A stretch of DNA of 54,750 nucleotides from a virus (IMGVR_UViG_3300044695_003103:1-54750), one strand, 5' to 3'; positions 1-8,925 are shown, numbered from the stretch's first letter. Notes: a model not told the origin generated them from the sequence alone. Made by a program: numbers and translations.

Positions 1-369
1 AAACGAACGAACGAAACAAGGCACACCACACCACACCACCTTATGTAAAAATATAAGTACACACAAAAATAATTTCCATAAAAAAATATTTCGATTGTGC
101 AAATTTATTCACCTAATTCGCCCTAATTTATACTCATTCTAAATTACTCTAATCACTTGTTTTTTTCATTCAAAATTCGCATACGTTACGCGCGCACGTA
201 CATATATAAGCAAGGGGACGTTTTATTTAATTATCTGTATTTCAGTTACTTGCAATAAACAATAAAAAAGATTAATATTTTTTCAATTTTAATGCACTGA
301 TTTTCAATCACTTACAAACTAATTTATATCTTTTATGTACATTCATAATTAGTGTGTGTAAATTGTTCG

Positions 370-377
370 TACATTTG
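370..377 (+). promoter_or_regulatory. Bacteroidota sigma-70 -7 promoter element for the early transcript
   Basis: TACATTTG matches TAnnTTTG, upstream of the long leader and rightward gene run. Confidence 0.5.
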
Positions 378-759
378 TCTTGTTAATCATTCAACGATTA
401 ATTGTTCTTTAAGTAATGAATGATTTTTACGGCAAAATATGGCTGCCGTATGCCTCGCAAACGTGTACGTTCTGACAAAACACGTGTACATATATGCTAT
501 ATCCCTGTGAAATCTATGGTTTCGCATACAGGGAGAGGTATGCCTAATTCTTTGACATGTTGAAATTGTATCTGTTTAGCCAATTTAATTGAAAAAAACA
601 GACGAACGTGGCACACGTGTGTTACGTCTTGGCAGCTCATACTGGACAGGTGAGTTGCGTCCTATCGGGATTCACTTGAGAAAATAGGATAGAAAATACA
701 TTTTCGGGCTTTGTGTATGAAACGAAAAAAAATATTGACCTCCGTCTGTATTGACGGGT

Positions 760-806
760 TTCGTGTGCTTGGTGGCTTCGTTCGGGTTCGATTCCCGATA
801 CACGAA
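760..806 (+). ncRNA. tRNA-like minihelix (acceptor-like stem plus T-arm only)
   Basis: TTCGTGTG(760-767) pairs with TACACGAA(799-806); T-arm TCGGG-TTCGATT-CCCGA (782-798); no D or anticodon arm. Confidence 0.55.
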
Positions 807-839
807 CTAACTTTTTATTCACTACAAACAAACAAAACC

Positions 840-1178
840 ATGAACAAAACACAATTAAAAGCGGCCGAACTCAAGGGAATTGAAAACCGCACAGCCATGC
901 AAAGCGTTTATTTAGCGAACGCCGAATACAAAATCGAGTCGAAAACAATGAGCAAAGTGTATCGTGCCGTAACTGAATCGCCTTACGCAAATGAGATTTT
1001 AGATGGGGCGAAAATGCCTACATTCAATGAATTTTGTGAGGCGATGAAGCCTAACGAATCGCGTTTGTATAGCGTGTATCAAGGCTTCCTTACGCTTAAG
1101 AAGTTTCGTAAGGTTACGAACGTAGAGAAAGCAGCAAAGAAAGCAGCACGTCAAAACAAGGCGACTGCAAAAAAGTAA
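840..1178 (+). CDS. basic hypothetical early protein (112 aa)
   Basis: ORF; ATG 840 follows an A/C-rich leader typical of this genome; Lys/Ala-rich C-terminus. Confidence 0.75.
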   Translation: MNKTQLKAAELKGIENRTAMQSVYLANAEYKIESKTMSKVYRAVTESPYANEILDGAKMPTFNEFCEAMKPNESRLYSVYQGFLTLKKFRKVTNVEKAAKKAARQNKATAKK

Positions 1179-1181
1179 ACA

Positions 1182-1255
1182 GGTAAACTGATGAGGGTTC
1201 GTTACCCGAAACAAAACGCTCATATCGTGTATGGTATGGGCTTTTTGTATTTACC
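1182..1255 (+). ncRNA. type I hammerhead ribozyme
   Basis: GGTAAA-CTGATGA-GGGT(tcgtt)ACCC-GAAACAAAA...TTTTGTA-TTTACC: full core, stems I/II/III, GUA cleavage triplet at 1247-1249. Confidence 0.9.
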
Positions 1256-1270
1256 AAAACATACAAACAC

Positions 1271-1426
1271 ATGAAAACACTCACAAAACTCTTTTTAATC
1301 TGCGCGTTCCTCACATTGCTTTCAATGGCAACGCTTAATGCGAATGCGTTTATCGTTTTTGCTTCACTTGCCAATGTGTTTGGCATATGGGCTATTGTCA
1401 AATCATTTAAGACTGGCGAAATCTAA
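1271..1426 (+). CDS. small membrane protein (51 aa)
   Basis: MKTLTKLFLICAFLTLLSMATLNANAFIVFASLANVFGIWAIVKSFKTGEI, read by hand; two hydrophobic segments. Confidence 0.65.
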   Translation: MKTLTKLFLICAFLTLLSMATLNANAFIVFASLANVFGIWAIVKSFKTGEI

Positions 1427-1450
1427 TTAACAATACTAACAAACAACACA

Positions 1451-1657
1451 ATGAAACGGAAACGTTTAGTTCAGCGTGTATCCGAGAGGGTATGCACTGA
1501 TGCGGTAGTGTCCGCAATCGAAAACACAAAAACAAAATACAGCGAAATCTTTAACGAACTAATCATGCCCATTGCCAAAAAGTATATGGCTAATGGTGTG
1601 CCGTTTGGCACGGCTGTAAAATTCGCTAAAAAAGAACTCACATTGTTCGCGGTATGA
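1451..1657 (+). CDS. hypothetical protein
   Basis: ORF with A/C-rich leader in co-oriented run. Confidence 0.65.
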   Translation: MKRKRLVQRVSERVCTDAVVSAIENTKTKYSEIFNELIMPIAKKYMANGVPFGTAVKFAKKELTLFAV

Positions 1658-1770
1658 CACGCAAGCAAAGAGAGAGTCAAAGATCCATCGACAATGCGCT
1701 CACGTTTCTTATCGTGGGCATACTGTTTATGTGGGGCGCGTACTTAATTCTTCAACTAACAAACAACTAA
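1654..1770 (+). CDS. small membrane protein (38 aa)
   Basis: ATGA overlap with previous stop; MTRKQRESQRSIDNALTFLIVGILFMWGAYLILQLTNN. Confidence 0.55.
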   Translation: MTRKQRESQRSIDNALTFLIVGILFMWGAYLILQLTNN

Positions 1771-1781
1771 AACAAACAAAC

Positions 1782-2321
1782 ATGGCACGTTTATTTTTAA
1801 CTGACTATGCCTCGTATAACAACGGCACTCAGTTTGAGTTTGGTCATTGGGTTGACCTTGAAAACTTCGCGGATGAAAATGATTTCTGCGAGTACATTGA
1901 TAAACACTTTGCGGAGGCGGACGAAAAAAGTCCTTTGCCCTGCGGTAGTAGTCGAGAAGAGGTAATGTTTACGGACTATGAAGGCTTTCCTCGTGAGTTG
2001 TATAGCGAATCTATGGGAGGCTCTGACATGGAGCATCTATTTGCATTCTTGTCTTTATCGGATGAGGATAAAGTAAAGGCTGCGTACTTATTGTATGATG
2101 GACAGCGCATATCGGATGCACTGGATAACTACGATGATGTTTACTTGCGTGAGTATGATGGCACTAATGGAGAGAAGTATGAATTGTTTGAGGAATACTA
2201 TCCCGATGCGGAGGACATTACGAACAATCCTTACGTAACGATAGATTACGATGCGTTCATTGACGATTTCTTCGTAGAGTTTGAGTACGATGGCGTAAAC
2301 TATTTGGTTCAAAGAAATTAA
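1782..2321 (+). CDS. ardA: ArdA-family antirestriction protein (DNA mimic)
   Basis: N-terminal LTDYASYNNG..GHWVDL and EEVMFTDYEGFP motifs, very acidic, C-terminal IDYDAF. Confidence 0.85.
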   Translation: MARLFLTDYASYNNGTQFEFGHWVDLENFADENDFCEYIDKHFAEADEKSPLPCGSSREEVMFTDYEGFPRELYSESMGGSDMEHLFAFLSLSDEDKVKAAYLLYDGQRISDALDNYDDVYLREYDGTNGEKYELFEEYYPDAEDITNNPYVTIDYDAFIDDFFVEFEYDGVNYLVQRN

Positions 2322-2348
2322 CACACACACTAACACACACTAAACACA

Positions 2349-2492
2349 ATGAAACATAACTCTCTCACGCTGCTAAAGGCAGCCGCAGCCGTGCTATTGA
2401 TGTACGGCTTTCTCAGTTCATGCGCCCCATCGAAAGGATGTAGGGGCTTATCTGCTCACCCTAAATATTCTAAGTCATGGGCAAAGCGTTAA
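2349..2492 (+). CDS. small lipoprotein (47 aa)
   Basis: MKHNSLTLLKAAAAVLLMYGFLSSC-APSKGCRG...: signal peptide with lipobox. Confidence 0.6.
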   Translation: MKHNSLTLLKAAAAVLLMYGFLSSCAPSKGCRGLSAHPKYSKSWAKR

Positions 2493-2628
2493 TTAGTTTA
2501 GGCGTATGCTTTGGCTGCGCTTATTCTTTAATCACTCACGACCTCACCTCCTTTGACAGACTGTGTTTTGTAGTCGGGTTTATGGGAGGTATTGTAAACA
2601 TTTGTCGAACTAATAAACAACTAACACG

Positions 2629-2985
2629 ATGAAAACAACAATCAAAGAATTTATTGCGCCTTATATTGAAACGATAACAACGCCATGTTTAATTGGTTCG
2701 ATAACATCAAGTCGCATTAACTATAGTATAGTCCACGACATAGGCTTAATTGAAACAAATGATATTGAGTTTTATGAAAACGGATGCATTGATTTTAGCT
2801 CAGGCAGGCCTATTACTCGCCTAACCGAAACCGAAGCATGGATTAATGTTTTTTTCGGTAATGAAGAAGAAGATGTCACGTTAACAGAGAAGCACTCCAT
2901 ATACATTGAGCCACGTAACAGCGAAGAAGCGTTTGTTCTCGACTTAAAAACAATGAGTGTAAACAAATACAAGTATCATAGCTAA
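2629..2985 (+). CDS. hypothetical protein
   Basis: ORF with leader TAAACAACTAACACG-ATG. Confidence 0.65.
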   Translation: MKTTIKEFIAPYIETITTPCLIGSITSSRINYSIVHDIGLIETNDIEFYENGCIDFSSGRPITRLTETEAWINVFFGNEEEDVTLTEKHSIYIEPRNSEEAFVLDLKTMSVNKYKYHS

Positions 2986-2998
2986 ACACACTAACACG

Positions 2999-3463
2999 AT
3001 GAGCATAAAGAGTATCATTGCTAAACGCATTTTTGGAAACGTGCGTAGCACAATAGGTCAGTGCCAACATGGTAGGTCAATATGTTATTACAGACCATTA
3101 AAGCCTTACGAACCTGCAACACATTCGCTGCATCGAGAGTTCAAAGAAACGCAATCGCTTCATGTGATTGAATACTTTGGGATTGGTAAGACTAATATTA
3201 TTACTGTTGGTTTTGATACATACCAAGCTGCTATGCAAGCAATGGTTTATTTTTCAACAACCGAAAACCACGCTAAAATCCACAGACTTTGCGACAAAGA
3301 CTTTCATGCTGTTATAAAAGAAAATGGCATCCTCACAGCAATAATGTTCGGCAATCTTTACCGAAAGGTTAGTTGGCTTAACGCAAAAACAGCCACTCTA
3401 AAACACATGGAATATCTATCTTCAATAGATGGCTACGCAGGAAAATACACACTTTGGAAATAA
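2999..3463 (+). CDS. hypothetical protein
   Basis: ORF with leader CTAACACG-ATG. Confidence 0.65.
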   Translation: MSIKSIIAKRIFGNVRSTIGQCQHGRSICYYRPLKPYEPATHSLHREFKETQSLHVIEYFGIGKTNIITVGFDTYQAAMQAMVYFSTTENHAKIHRLCDKDFHAVIKENGILTAIMFGNLYRKVSWLNAKTATLKHMEYLSSIDGYAGKYTLWK

Positions 3464-3498
3464 TAAACAACTAACACACTAACAAAAACAAACAAACA

Positions 3499-4815
3499 AT
3501 GAACATTCTTATCACAGATGGCAGCCATGCGGGATGCATGGAACATCAAGACAATGTCGTGTTCTTACACGCAGACTTTTACAATTCAATCACTGACGAT
3601 GATGGCAAAGAACATGGCCCGACTGCCCACAAAGATGATGTAGTCGAGCTGTGTTATTATAGTCAGTACGAAGGCTATGTATTGTGTGAACACGCTATCG
3701 AAACGATGGACGGCTGGGTACATGAGGACGAAACTGTTATTCATGACGAATCCAAGTATCAAGAGTTACCTGTGCTTCATAACCGAAAGGGTGCTTATGA
3801 CATGGTTCGTACTCATGCCGGTGAATGGGTTTGTACACAAAGCGACTATGTACACCACGGCTATGTAGACCGCTATGGGAATGAGGATTACTTCTTTGAC
3901 CCGGATAGTGATTACTACTCTGACGGAAATGGTAACTACTATGTAAGTGCTGATGTTGTGTATGGTATGGGCATGGAGATTTGCGATGATGGCTATGTAT
4001 GCCCACCGCAAAAATATCGCGCTGACTACGGACACTTTAGTGACGTAGACAAGTCTGATGGTGCTATATGTACCTTTGGTATCGAGGTAGAGAAAGAGGA
4101 CTACGATGCAATGGAATCCGCAACTGCACAATCTTTGTATGATTCTTATGGATGGGCAAAGGAACGTGATGGCAGTTTGTGTTCTGATAAGGGCTTTGAG
4201 TTTGTATCGCCCATCTATTCACTCGATGACATCAAGAAGTTCAAAGAGGACATCGCAATACCAATAATCAAGAAGCACTTAGATGCTGACTACGATAGCG
4301 ATACTTGCGGTGGGCATATCACTGTGTCGCATAAAGACTATACCTCTGATGAACTATTCGAGGGTATGACTGGGGCATTCCCTCTGATATATGCGCTCTA
4401 TCCGTTTAGGACAAACCAAAGCTATTGTCAAGCCAAGAGCAAGCGAGATATGGGACAGAACCCTTCAAAGTATTCATCGTTCTATCGCAAGAATAGTAGG
4501 TTGCTTGAGTTCAGAATATTCCCTGCGTTTCGTAGCGCAGACAATGCACTATGGCGCATCGAGTTGATTCAGATTCTTATCAAGAACATCAACAAGTCAG
4601 AGAGCGAATGGCTGTCCATGATTGTTAATCGTAAGTCAATCATCCATCGCCACCTTGCTAAGATGTATGCTAAGTATGGCAAGAGTCCCGATACAGGTAT
4701 CATGGATTTGGTTAGTCGATTCGTTAAGTTCAGCAAAGAATACAATCACGTAAACCTCAACGCTCAGTACGCTCGTATCTTAAAGATGCAAACAGATAAG
4801 CGTAAGGCAGCATAA
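3499..4815 (+). CDS. putative amidoligase (COOH-NH2 ligase, glutamine synthetase-like fold)
   Basis: FGIEVE, ERDGSL, GFEFVSP, TCGGHITVS, LLEFRIF motifs. Confidence 0.8.
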   Translation: MNILITDGSHAGCMEHQDNVVFLHADFYNSITDDDGKEHGPTAHKDDVVELCYYSQYEGYVLCEHAIETMDGWVHEDETVIHDESKYQELPVLHNRKGAYDMVRTHAGEWVCTQSDYVHHGYVDRYGNEDYFFDPDSDYYSDGNGNYYVSADVVYGMGMEICDDGYVCPPQKYRADYGHFSDVDKSDGAICTFGIEVEKEDYDAMESATAQSLYDSYGWAKERDGSLCSDKGFEFVSPIYSLDDIKKFKEDIAIPIIKKHLDADYDSDTCGGHITVSHKDYTSDELFEGMTGAFPLIYALYPFRTNQSYCQAKSKRDMGQNPSKYSSFYRKNSRLLEFRIFPAFRSADNALWRIELIQILIKNINKSESEWLSMIVNRKSIIHRHLAKMYAKYGKSPDTGIMDLVSRFVKFSKEYNHVNLNAQYARILKMQTDKRKAA

Positions 4816-4865
4816 ACATTCACTCACTCACTCACATTCACAAACAACTAAAACAAACAGAAATC

Positions 4866-6161
4866 ATGTGTATCGCAATTCTAAACAAGGTTGGTACTTT
4901 ACCTAAAGAGTACATTCAAAATTCATGGGACAACAATTATCACGGTGCTGGCTTTGCCTATTCCGATGGTGCTAAGATCGTAGTCCATAAGCAAGACAAG
5001 GACGTTGATTCGTTCTATAAGAAGTATGTTAAGGCTCGCAAGAAGTTTCCTAATGCATCGTTCCTCATTCACTTTCGTATCTCAACGCATGGTACGATTA
5101 GCTTGGACAATCTGCATCCCTTTGTTGTAGGCGATGTGGCTGTCATTCACAATGGCATGGTAGATTTAGAGGGGCATTCAACTACTGACAAGCGTTCTGA
5201 TACTCGCTATCTATGTGAGGAGATACTTGCTAACTTGCCTTATGGTTGGCAGCACAGCGTAGGTGTTCATCGGTTCATGGAGAACATTGCAGGTTGGTCT
5301 AAGTTTGTGTTCCTCGATGTAGATAACAATGACTATATCATCAATGAGGATGAAGGTCATTGGTTCGAAGGTAATTGGTATAGCAACAATAGCTACAAGC
5401 AAGTCAATCGCTACGTTGATTATGGTGGTAAGAAAGTTGAGCGTACAAGTATGGGGTATGGTTCTTATGGTTCATCTGCTGATGCTGATTGGGATGATTA
5501 CAATAGCTACAATAAAAGTTATTCATCAACCAAATCGACTACGCCAAAGACAAGTAGTACGGTCAGCGTACCGGTTACAACTATTAAGTTGATTGAGGAC
5601 TATATACAAAAGAATAAGATTGTAGACAGATTCAACTCATGCTTCAGTGCGTATGTAGATAAGGACTTAGCCGACCAAGCTGCTGTTATTGACGAATGGT
5701 TCTACCATGATAATATGAGGTTAAACACATGGTATCACTTGGGTGATGATAAGACAGATAAGACTGAGCGCTATGAGTTATGCGTAATAGAATACAATGA
5801 TAAGATGTACACATTGATTGGTAGACCTAACTCAACCACACAGAATTATGTGTATGTATTCCCATTCGCTATTCGCCACGAAAGTTTGGTTACTGGATTG
5901 CTTACTGAGTTTGCTGTAAACAAGATGTATGAAACTGCATCACAGAAGTTTGAGCGTGTTATGGATGATAACTATGTACTCATTCAAGAGGCAATGGGAG
6001 TAATGTATGACTACCATATGGACGACGAAGCTGTATATGGAACTTGTGATTCTTGTATGGACCAAGTAAATATAAAGGAGTTGAGTCCTATTGAGATTGC
6101 TCCCGAATACTACGCTTGTAAGTCTTGTAAGAAAGAATCATTTGAGCCAGCACCTTTTTAA
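4866..6161 (+). CDS. class II (Ntn) glutamine amidotransferase with C-terminal Cys-motif extension
   Basis: MC N-terminus, HGAG, HFRISTHG, NLHPF, HNG, SDT motifs; C-terminal CxxC...CxxC. Confidence 0.85.
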   Translation: MCIAILNKVGTLPKEYIQNSWDNNYHGAGFAYSDGAKIVVHKQDKDVDSFYKKYVKARKKFPNASFLIHFRISTHGTISLDNLHPFVVGDVAVIHNGMVDLEGHSTTDKRSDTRYLCEEILANLPYGWQHSVGVHRFMENIAGWSKFVFLDVDNNDYIINEDEGHWFEGNWYSNNSYKQVNRYVDYGGKKVERTSMGYGSYGSSADADWDDYNSYNKSYSSTKSTTPKTSSTVSVPVTTIKLIEDYIQKNKIVDRFNSCFSAYVDKDLADQAAVIDEWFYHDNMRLNTWYHLGDDKTDKTERYELCVIEYNDKMYTLIGRPNSTTQNYVYVFPFAIRHESLVTGLLTEFAVNKMYETASQKFERVMDDNYVLIQEAMGVMYDYHMDDEAVYGTCDSCMDQVNIKELSPIEIAPEYYACKSCKKESFEPAPF

Positions 6162-6187
6162 TTAGTAATGTTTGTTTGTTTAGTGGG

Positions 6188-6216
6188 AAGCCCTGCCTAT
6201 ATGGTGGGGCTTTTTT
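6188..6216 (+). terminator. intrinsic terminator
   Basis: AAGCCCTGCC/GGTGGGGCTT stem followed by T-tract. Confidence 0.7.
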
Positions 6217-6248
6217 ATTGAACGCTTAACCTTTTAATATTTTTCACA

Positions 6249-6638
6249 ATGAAGAAATCAACCAAAGTAAAATTGAGTATCGCTGACTTTCGTGTTAGCA
6301 AGCAATCACAACTACGCGACAACTTGATTCGCAAGTATCCTCGCATCAGCAAGTTCACTTGCTATAACGATTCAACAACTTATCAGGAGGTTCCTATTAT
6401 CACAGCGCAAGTATTGATTGACAGACTTGCTCCTTTGTTTTGTACTGAGAAGATAAGAGAGAGAGTAATGTTATTCGCTGTTGAGTATGTAGAAACGCAC
6501 GGCATCGAGCAATACGATAACGATGTGTTTCTTTATCGTGACTTTCTTATGAATGTTATCAGTGCGCAGCTTCATATCTTTTGTGAACGCGACTATGTTT
6601 TCATTAAGCAAAATGTTCATCTATCATCAACTTTGTAA
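6249..6638 (+). CDS. hypothetical protein
   Basis: ORF in co-oriented run. Confidence 0.65.
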   Translation: MKKSTKVKLSIADFRVSKQSQLRDNLIRKYPRISKFTCYNDSTTYQEVPIITAQVLIDRLAPLFCTEKIRERVMLFAVEYVETHGIEQYDNDVFLYRDFLMNVISAQLHIFCERDYVFIKQNVHLSSTL

Positions 6639-6651
6639 ACTTTTTTCAATC

Positions 6652-6900
6652 ATGCAAAATACTAAAACACCAGCTGCCTTAAAAGAAAGGTACGACAAAG
6701 CTATTGCCGACTTACAAATGAACGAGTGGAACTCTTCATGGTGTGAGATAATAGACGAATGCAATGGTAACTATTTCCGCGCAATGAAAGTCTTGCAGAA
6801 CGACTTGGAGAGTGCCATAAGCCAAAACTGGTTTGTTTGCCGTCCAGCATCTAACTTCTACAAATCAATTCTTGAAACACTAACAACTAAACAACAATAA
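6652..6900 (+). CDS. hypothetical protein
   Basis: ORF; likely start MQNTK at 6652. Confidence 0.6.
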   Translation: MQNTKTPAALKERYDKAIADLQMNEWNSSWCEIIDECNGNYFRAMKVLQNDLESAISQNWFVCRPASNFYKSILETLTTKQQ

Positions 6901-6901
6901 C

Positions 6902-7120
6902 ATGGAAAAACAATTCTTAATGAAAGATATTTCCGGACGTGGTTACACACGCTGCCTCTCTGAAGATGAAATAAAAGAAACATTCAAAGATGCTGAAGGT
7001 GTTGATGATGTAAATATAATCGATGAACTTCTAACACTTGGTGTTGGAGATGAATACGACTTGGATGAATGGTGCATGAATTCTATGTGGAACGCAACAA
7101 TAATAATTCGAACTAAATAA
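6902..7120 (+). CDS. small acidic hypothetical protein
   Basis: tightly packed ORF. Confidence 0.65.
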   Translation: MEKQFLMKDISGRGYTRCLSEDEIKETFKDAEGVDDVNIIDELLTLGVGDEYDLDEWCMNSMWNATIIIRTK

Positions 7121-7127
7121 CAATAAC

Positions 7128-7457
7128 ATGGAAAAACTAAATCAGATTATTGAGTCAATGGCTTTGGCTCAATTCAAGGCAGACACACAAGGAACCGAAA
7201 AGCGAAATGCATTTATGCTGAAACACGCAGAACTTGGTGAGTTTATGAAATTCTTTAATACAAGGGAGGCTGGAAACGGAGAAGTTTATGCAATTCAATA
7301 CCATGATATTAAACTTGGAAGTATGCAAGGACTTACTGAAACATTCATCCGTGAAGTTTTATGGCCTAAAATGAAGGATTCGTATATCGAAACCGTAGTA
7401 AAAGGATTAGAGAACAAGTTGGAATCTACTTACAAAATAACAATTGAGCAACTATGA
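7128..7457 (+). CDS. hypothetical protein
   Basis: tightly packed ORF. Confidence 0.65.
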   Translation: MEKLNQIIESMALAQFKADTQGTEKRNAFMLKHAELGEFMKFFNTREAGNGEVYAIQYHDIKLGSMQGLTETFIREVLWPKMKDSYIETVVKGLENKLESTYKITIEQL

Positions 7458-7675
7458 GCAAAATAGAAGAAGCAAAAGCAATCCTGCGAGATGCAGGTTA
7501 CTTTGTCGATAACCTATGGATGACAATAGATGTAACAGATCGGTACGAATGTGATGCCGAAACTGCACAAGAGATTCTTGACAGCGCTCTAACACACCCA
7601 TACATTGTAGAAAGAATATTTGAGGTGATTAATGAAAGGGCAGAAGAACTTGAACTAAAAGAAAAGGAGGACTAA
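7454..7675 (+). CDS. small acidic hypothetical protein
   Basis: ATGA overlap with previous stop. Confidence 0.65.
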   Translation: MSKIEEAKAILRDAGYFVDNLWMTIDVTDRYECDAETAQEILDSALTHPYIVERIFEVINERAEELELKEKED

Positions 7676-7677
7676 CT

Positions 7678-7899
7678 ATGCCACGCTCAAAAGAAAATCC
7701 AAATGAGTTTGTAGCAGGGATGCTGCCAACTATAAGTATTGCTGACAAGACTTACTATGTTGATGGTAGGTTGCAGCAACTGAGAAACGTAAATGACTTC
7801 ATGGATAGCATTGACTGTGTTGATGATGATATGTGGAATATGCTTTCTGATTCCGACAAGTCTGTTTTCATATACGAATTTATGGGGGAGGAGATATAA
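7678..7899 (+). CDS. small acidic hypothetical protein
   Basis: tightly packed ORF. Confidence 0.65.
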   Translation: MPRSKENPNEFVAGMLPTISIADKTYYVDGRLQQLRNVNDFMDSIDCVDDDMWNMLSDSDKSVFIYEFMGEEI

Positions 7900-7901
7900 C
7901 T

Positions 7902-8201
7902 ATGGGACACTACGAAGAACAAATAACGGTACGTTGCAGCATCAAGTTTAAGATACCCGATGGCTTTGATGTTGAAAATGCGAAAATACTTCCTGAAGGA
8001 GTAGAGTATTGGGATGATTATGTATACGATGAGAATGCTAATACCATATACGGGGAGTTCACCTATAAGACTTATGCAGACTGTTGGTATGATGCCGGTG
8101 ATTACTGGACACCACCTACTGATGTCATACAAGACTTCGAGCAAAAGAAGATAGGACTGCGACAAGACTTAATCATTTCAGAAACACATCACATTCAATA
8201 A
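7902..8201 (+). CDS. acidic hypothetical protein
   Basis: tightly packed ORF; C-terminal GDYWTPP. Confidence 0.65.
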   Translation: MGHYEEQITVRCSIKFKIPDGFDVENAKILPEGVEYWDDYVYDENANTIYGEFTYKTYADCWYDAGDYWTPPTDVIQDFEQKKIGLRQDLIISETHHIQ

Positions 8202-8203
8202 CT

Positions 8204-8440
8204 ATGGAAGAACAAACAATTTACTTACTTACTGGTGAGATACCGGTAAAAGAATACTTTGATGGAGGCGTTGATGCTGTCCTACAAAATTGCGAAGGCG
8301 AATATTGGATTGATGCAATATGGATACATCCCAATACAAACAATCAAATGATTGTTCAATTGACAATCAACGTAATGAGAGGATGTTTTGATGCTTGCGT
8401 AATAACAGAAGAAGAGTTTAACCAATTAAAACAACAATAA
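8204..8440 (+). CDS. hypothetical protein
   Basis: tightly packed ORF. Confidence 0.6.
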   Translation: MEEQTIYLLTGEIPVKEYFDGGVDAVLQNCEGEYWIDAIWIHPNTNNQMIVQLTINVMRGCFDACVITEEEFNQLKQQ

Positions 8441-8445
8441 ACACT

Positions 8446-8925
8446 ATGGCAAATCACTGTTACAACTCAATTATCTTTCATGGAAAAGACTTGGGTAAAA
8501 TTAAGCAAATGATTGCAGAGGCAATCGAAGTAAACGAAACTGAAGGTTGGCTTCCCGAATCGTTAGACAAGGACAAGTTGGATTACGTCCACTACCTGTT
8601 CGATGTTGAGATAATATCGGAAGCAGAGGATGAAATTCAAATCCAATGTTGGACCAAATGGGCGCCACCTATTCTTGAGTTGGAACAAATAGGTAGGGAG
8701 GCAGGTGTGTCGATCACTTGCTGGTACGAAGAGCTTGGAATGGGATTGTTTGGCAAGTCATTCTATGATGTAGAGTCAAACTATACAACCGATATCTTCT
8801 TGGACTATGCAGAGATAAATCGTGTTCAGTACGATGAAGAGAATGATTGCTACATATTGGACGGAGAGGTTATAGAGTCTGATTCAGAGGCTTATCACAT
8901 AATGCTCGAAGAAAAACTTGGTTAA
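8446..8925 (+). CDS. DUF1281/YubB-like ferredoxin-fold protein
   Basis: MANHCYN N-terminus, WTKWAPP, WYEELGMGLFG motifs. Confidence 0.65.
   Translation: MANHCYNSIIFHGKDLGKIKQMIAEAIEVNETEGWLPESLDKDKLDYVHYLFDVEIISEAEDEIQIQCWTKWAPPILELEQIGREAGVSITCWYEELGMGLFGKSFYDVESNYTTDIFLDYAEINRVQYDEENDCYILDGEVIESDSEAYHIMLEEKLG

Noticed and set aside
760-806. Full tRNA gene
   Set aside because: No D-arm or anticodon arm; only 47 nt. Kept as a tRNA-like element.
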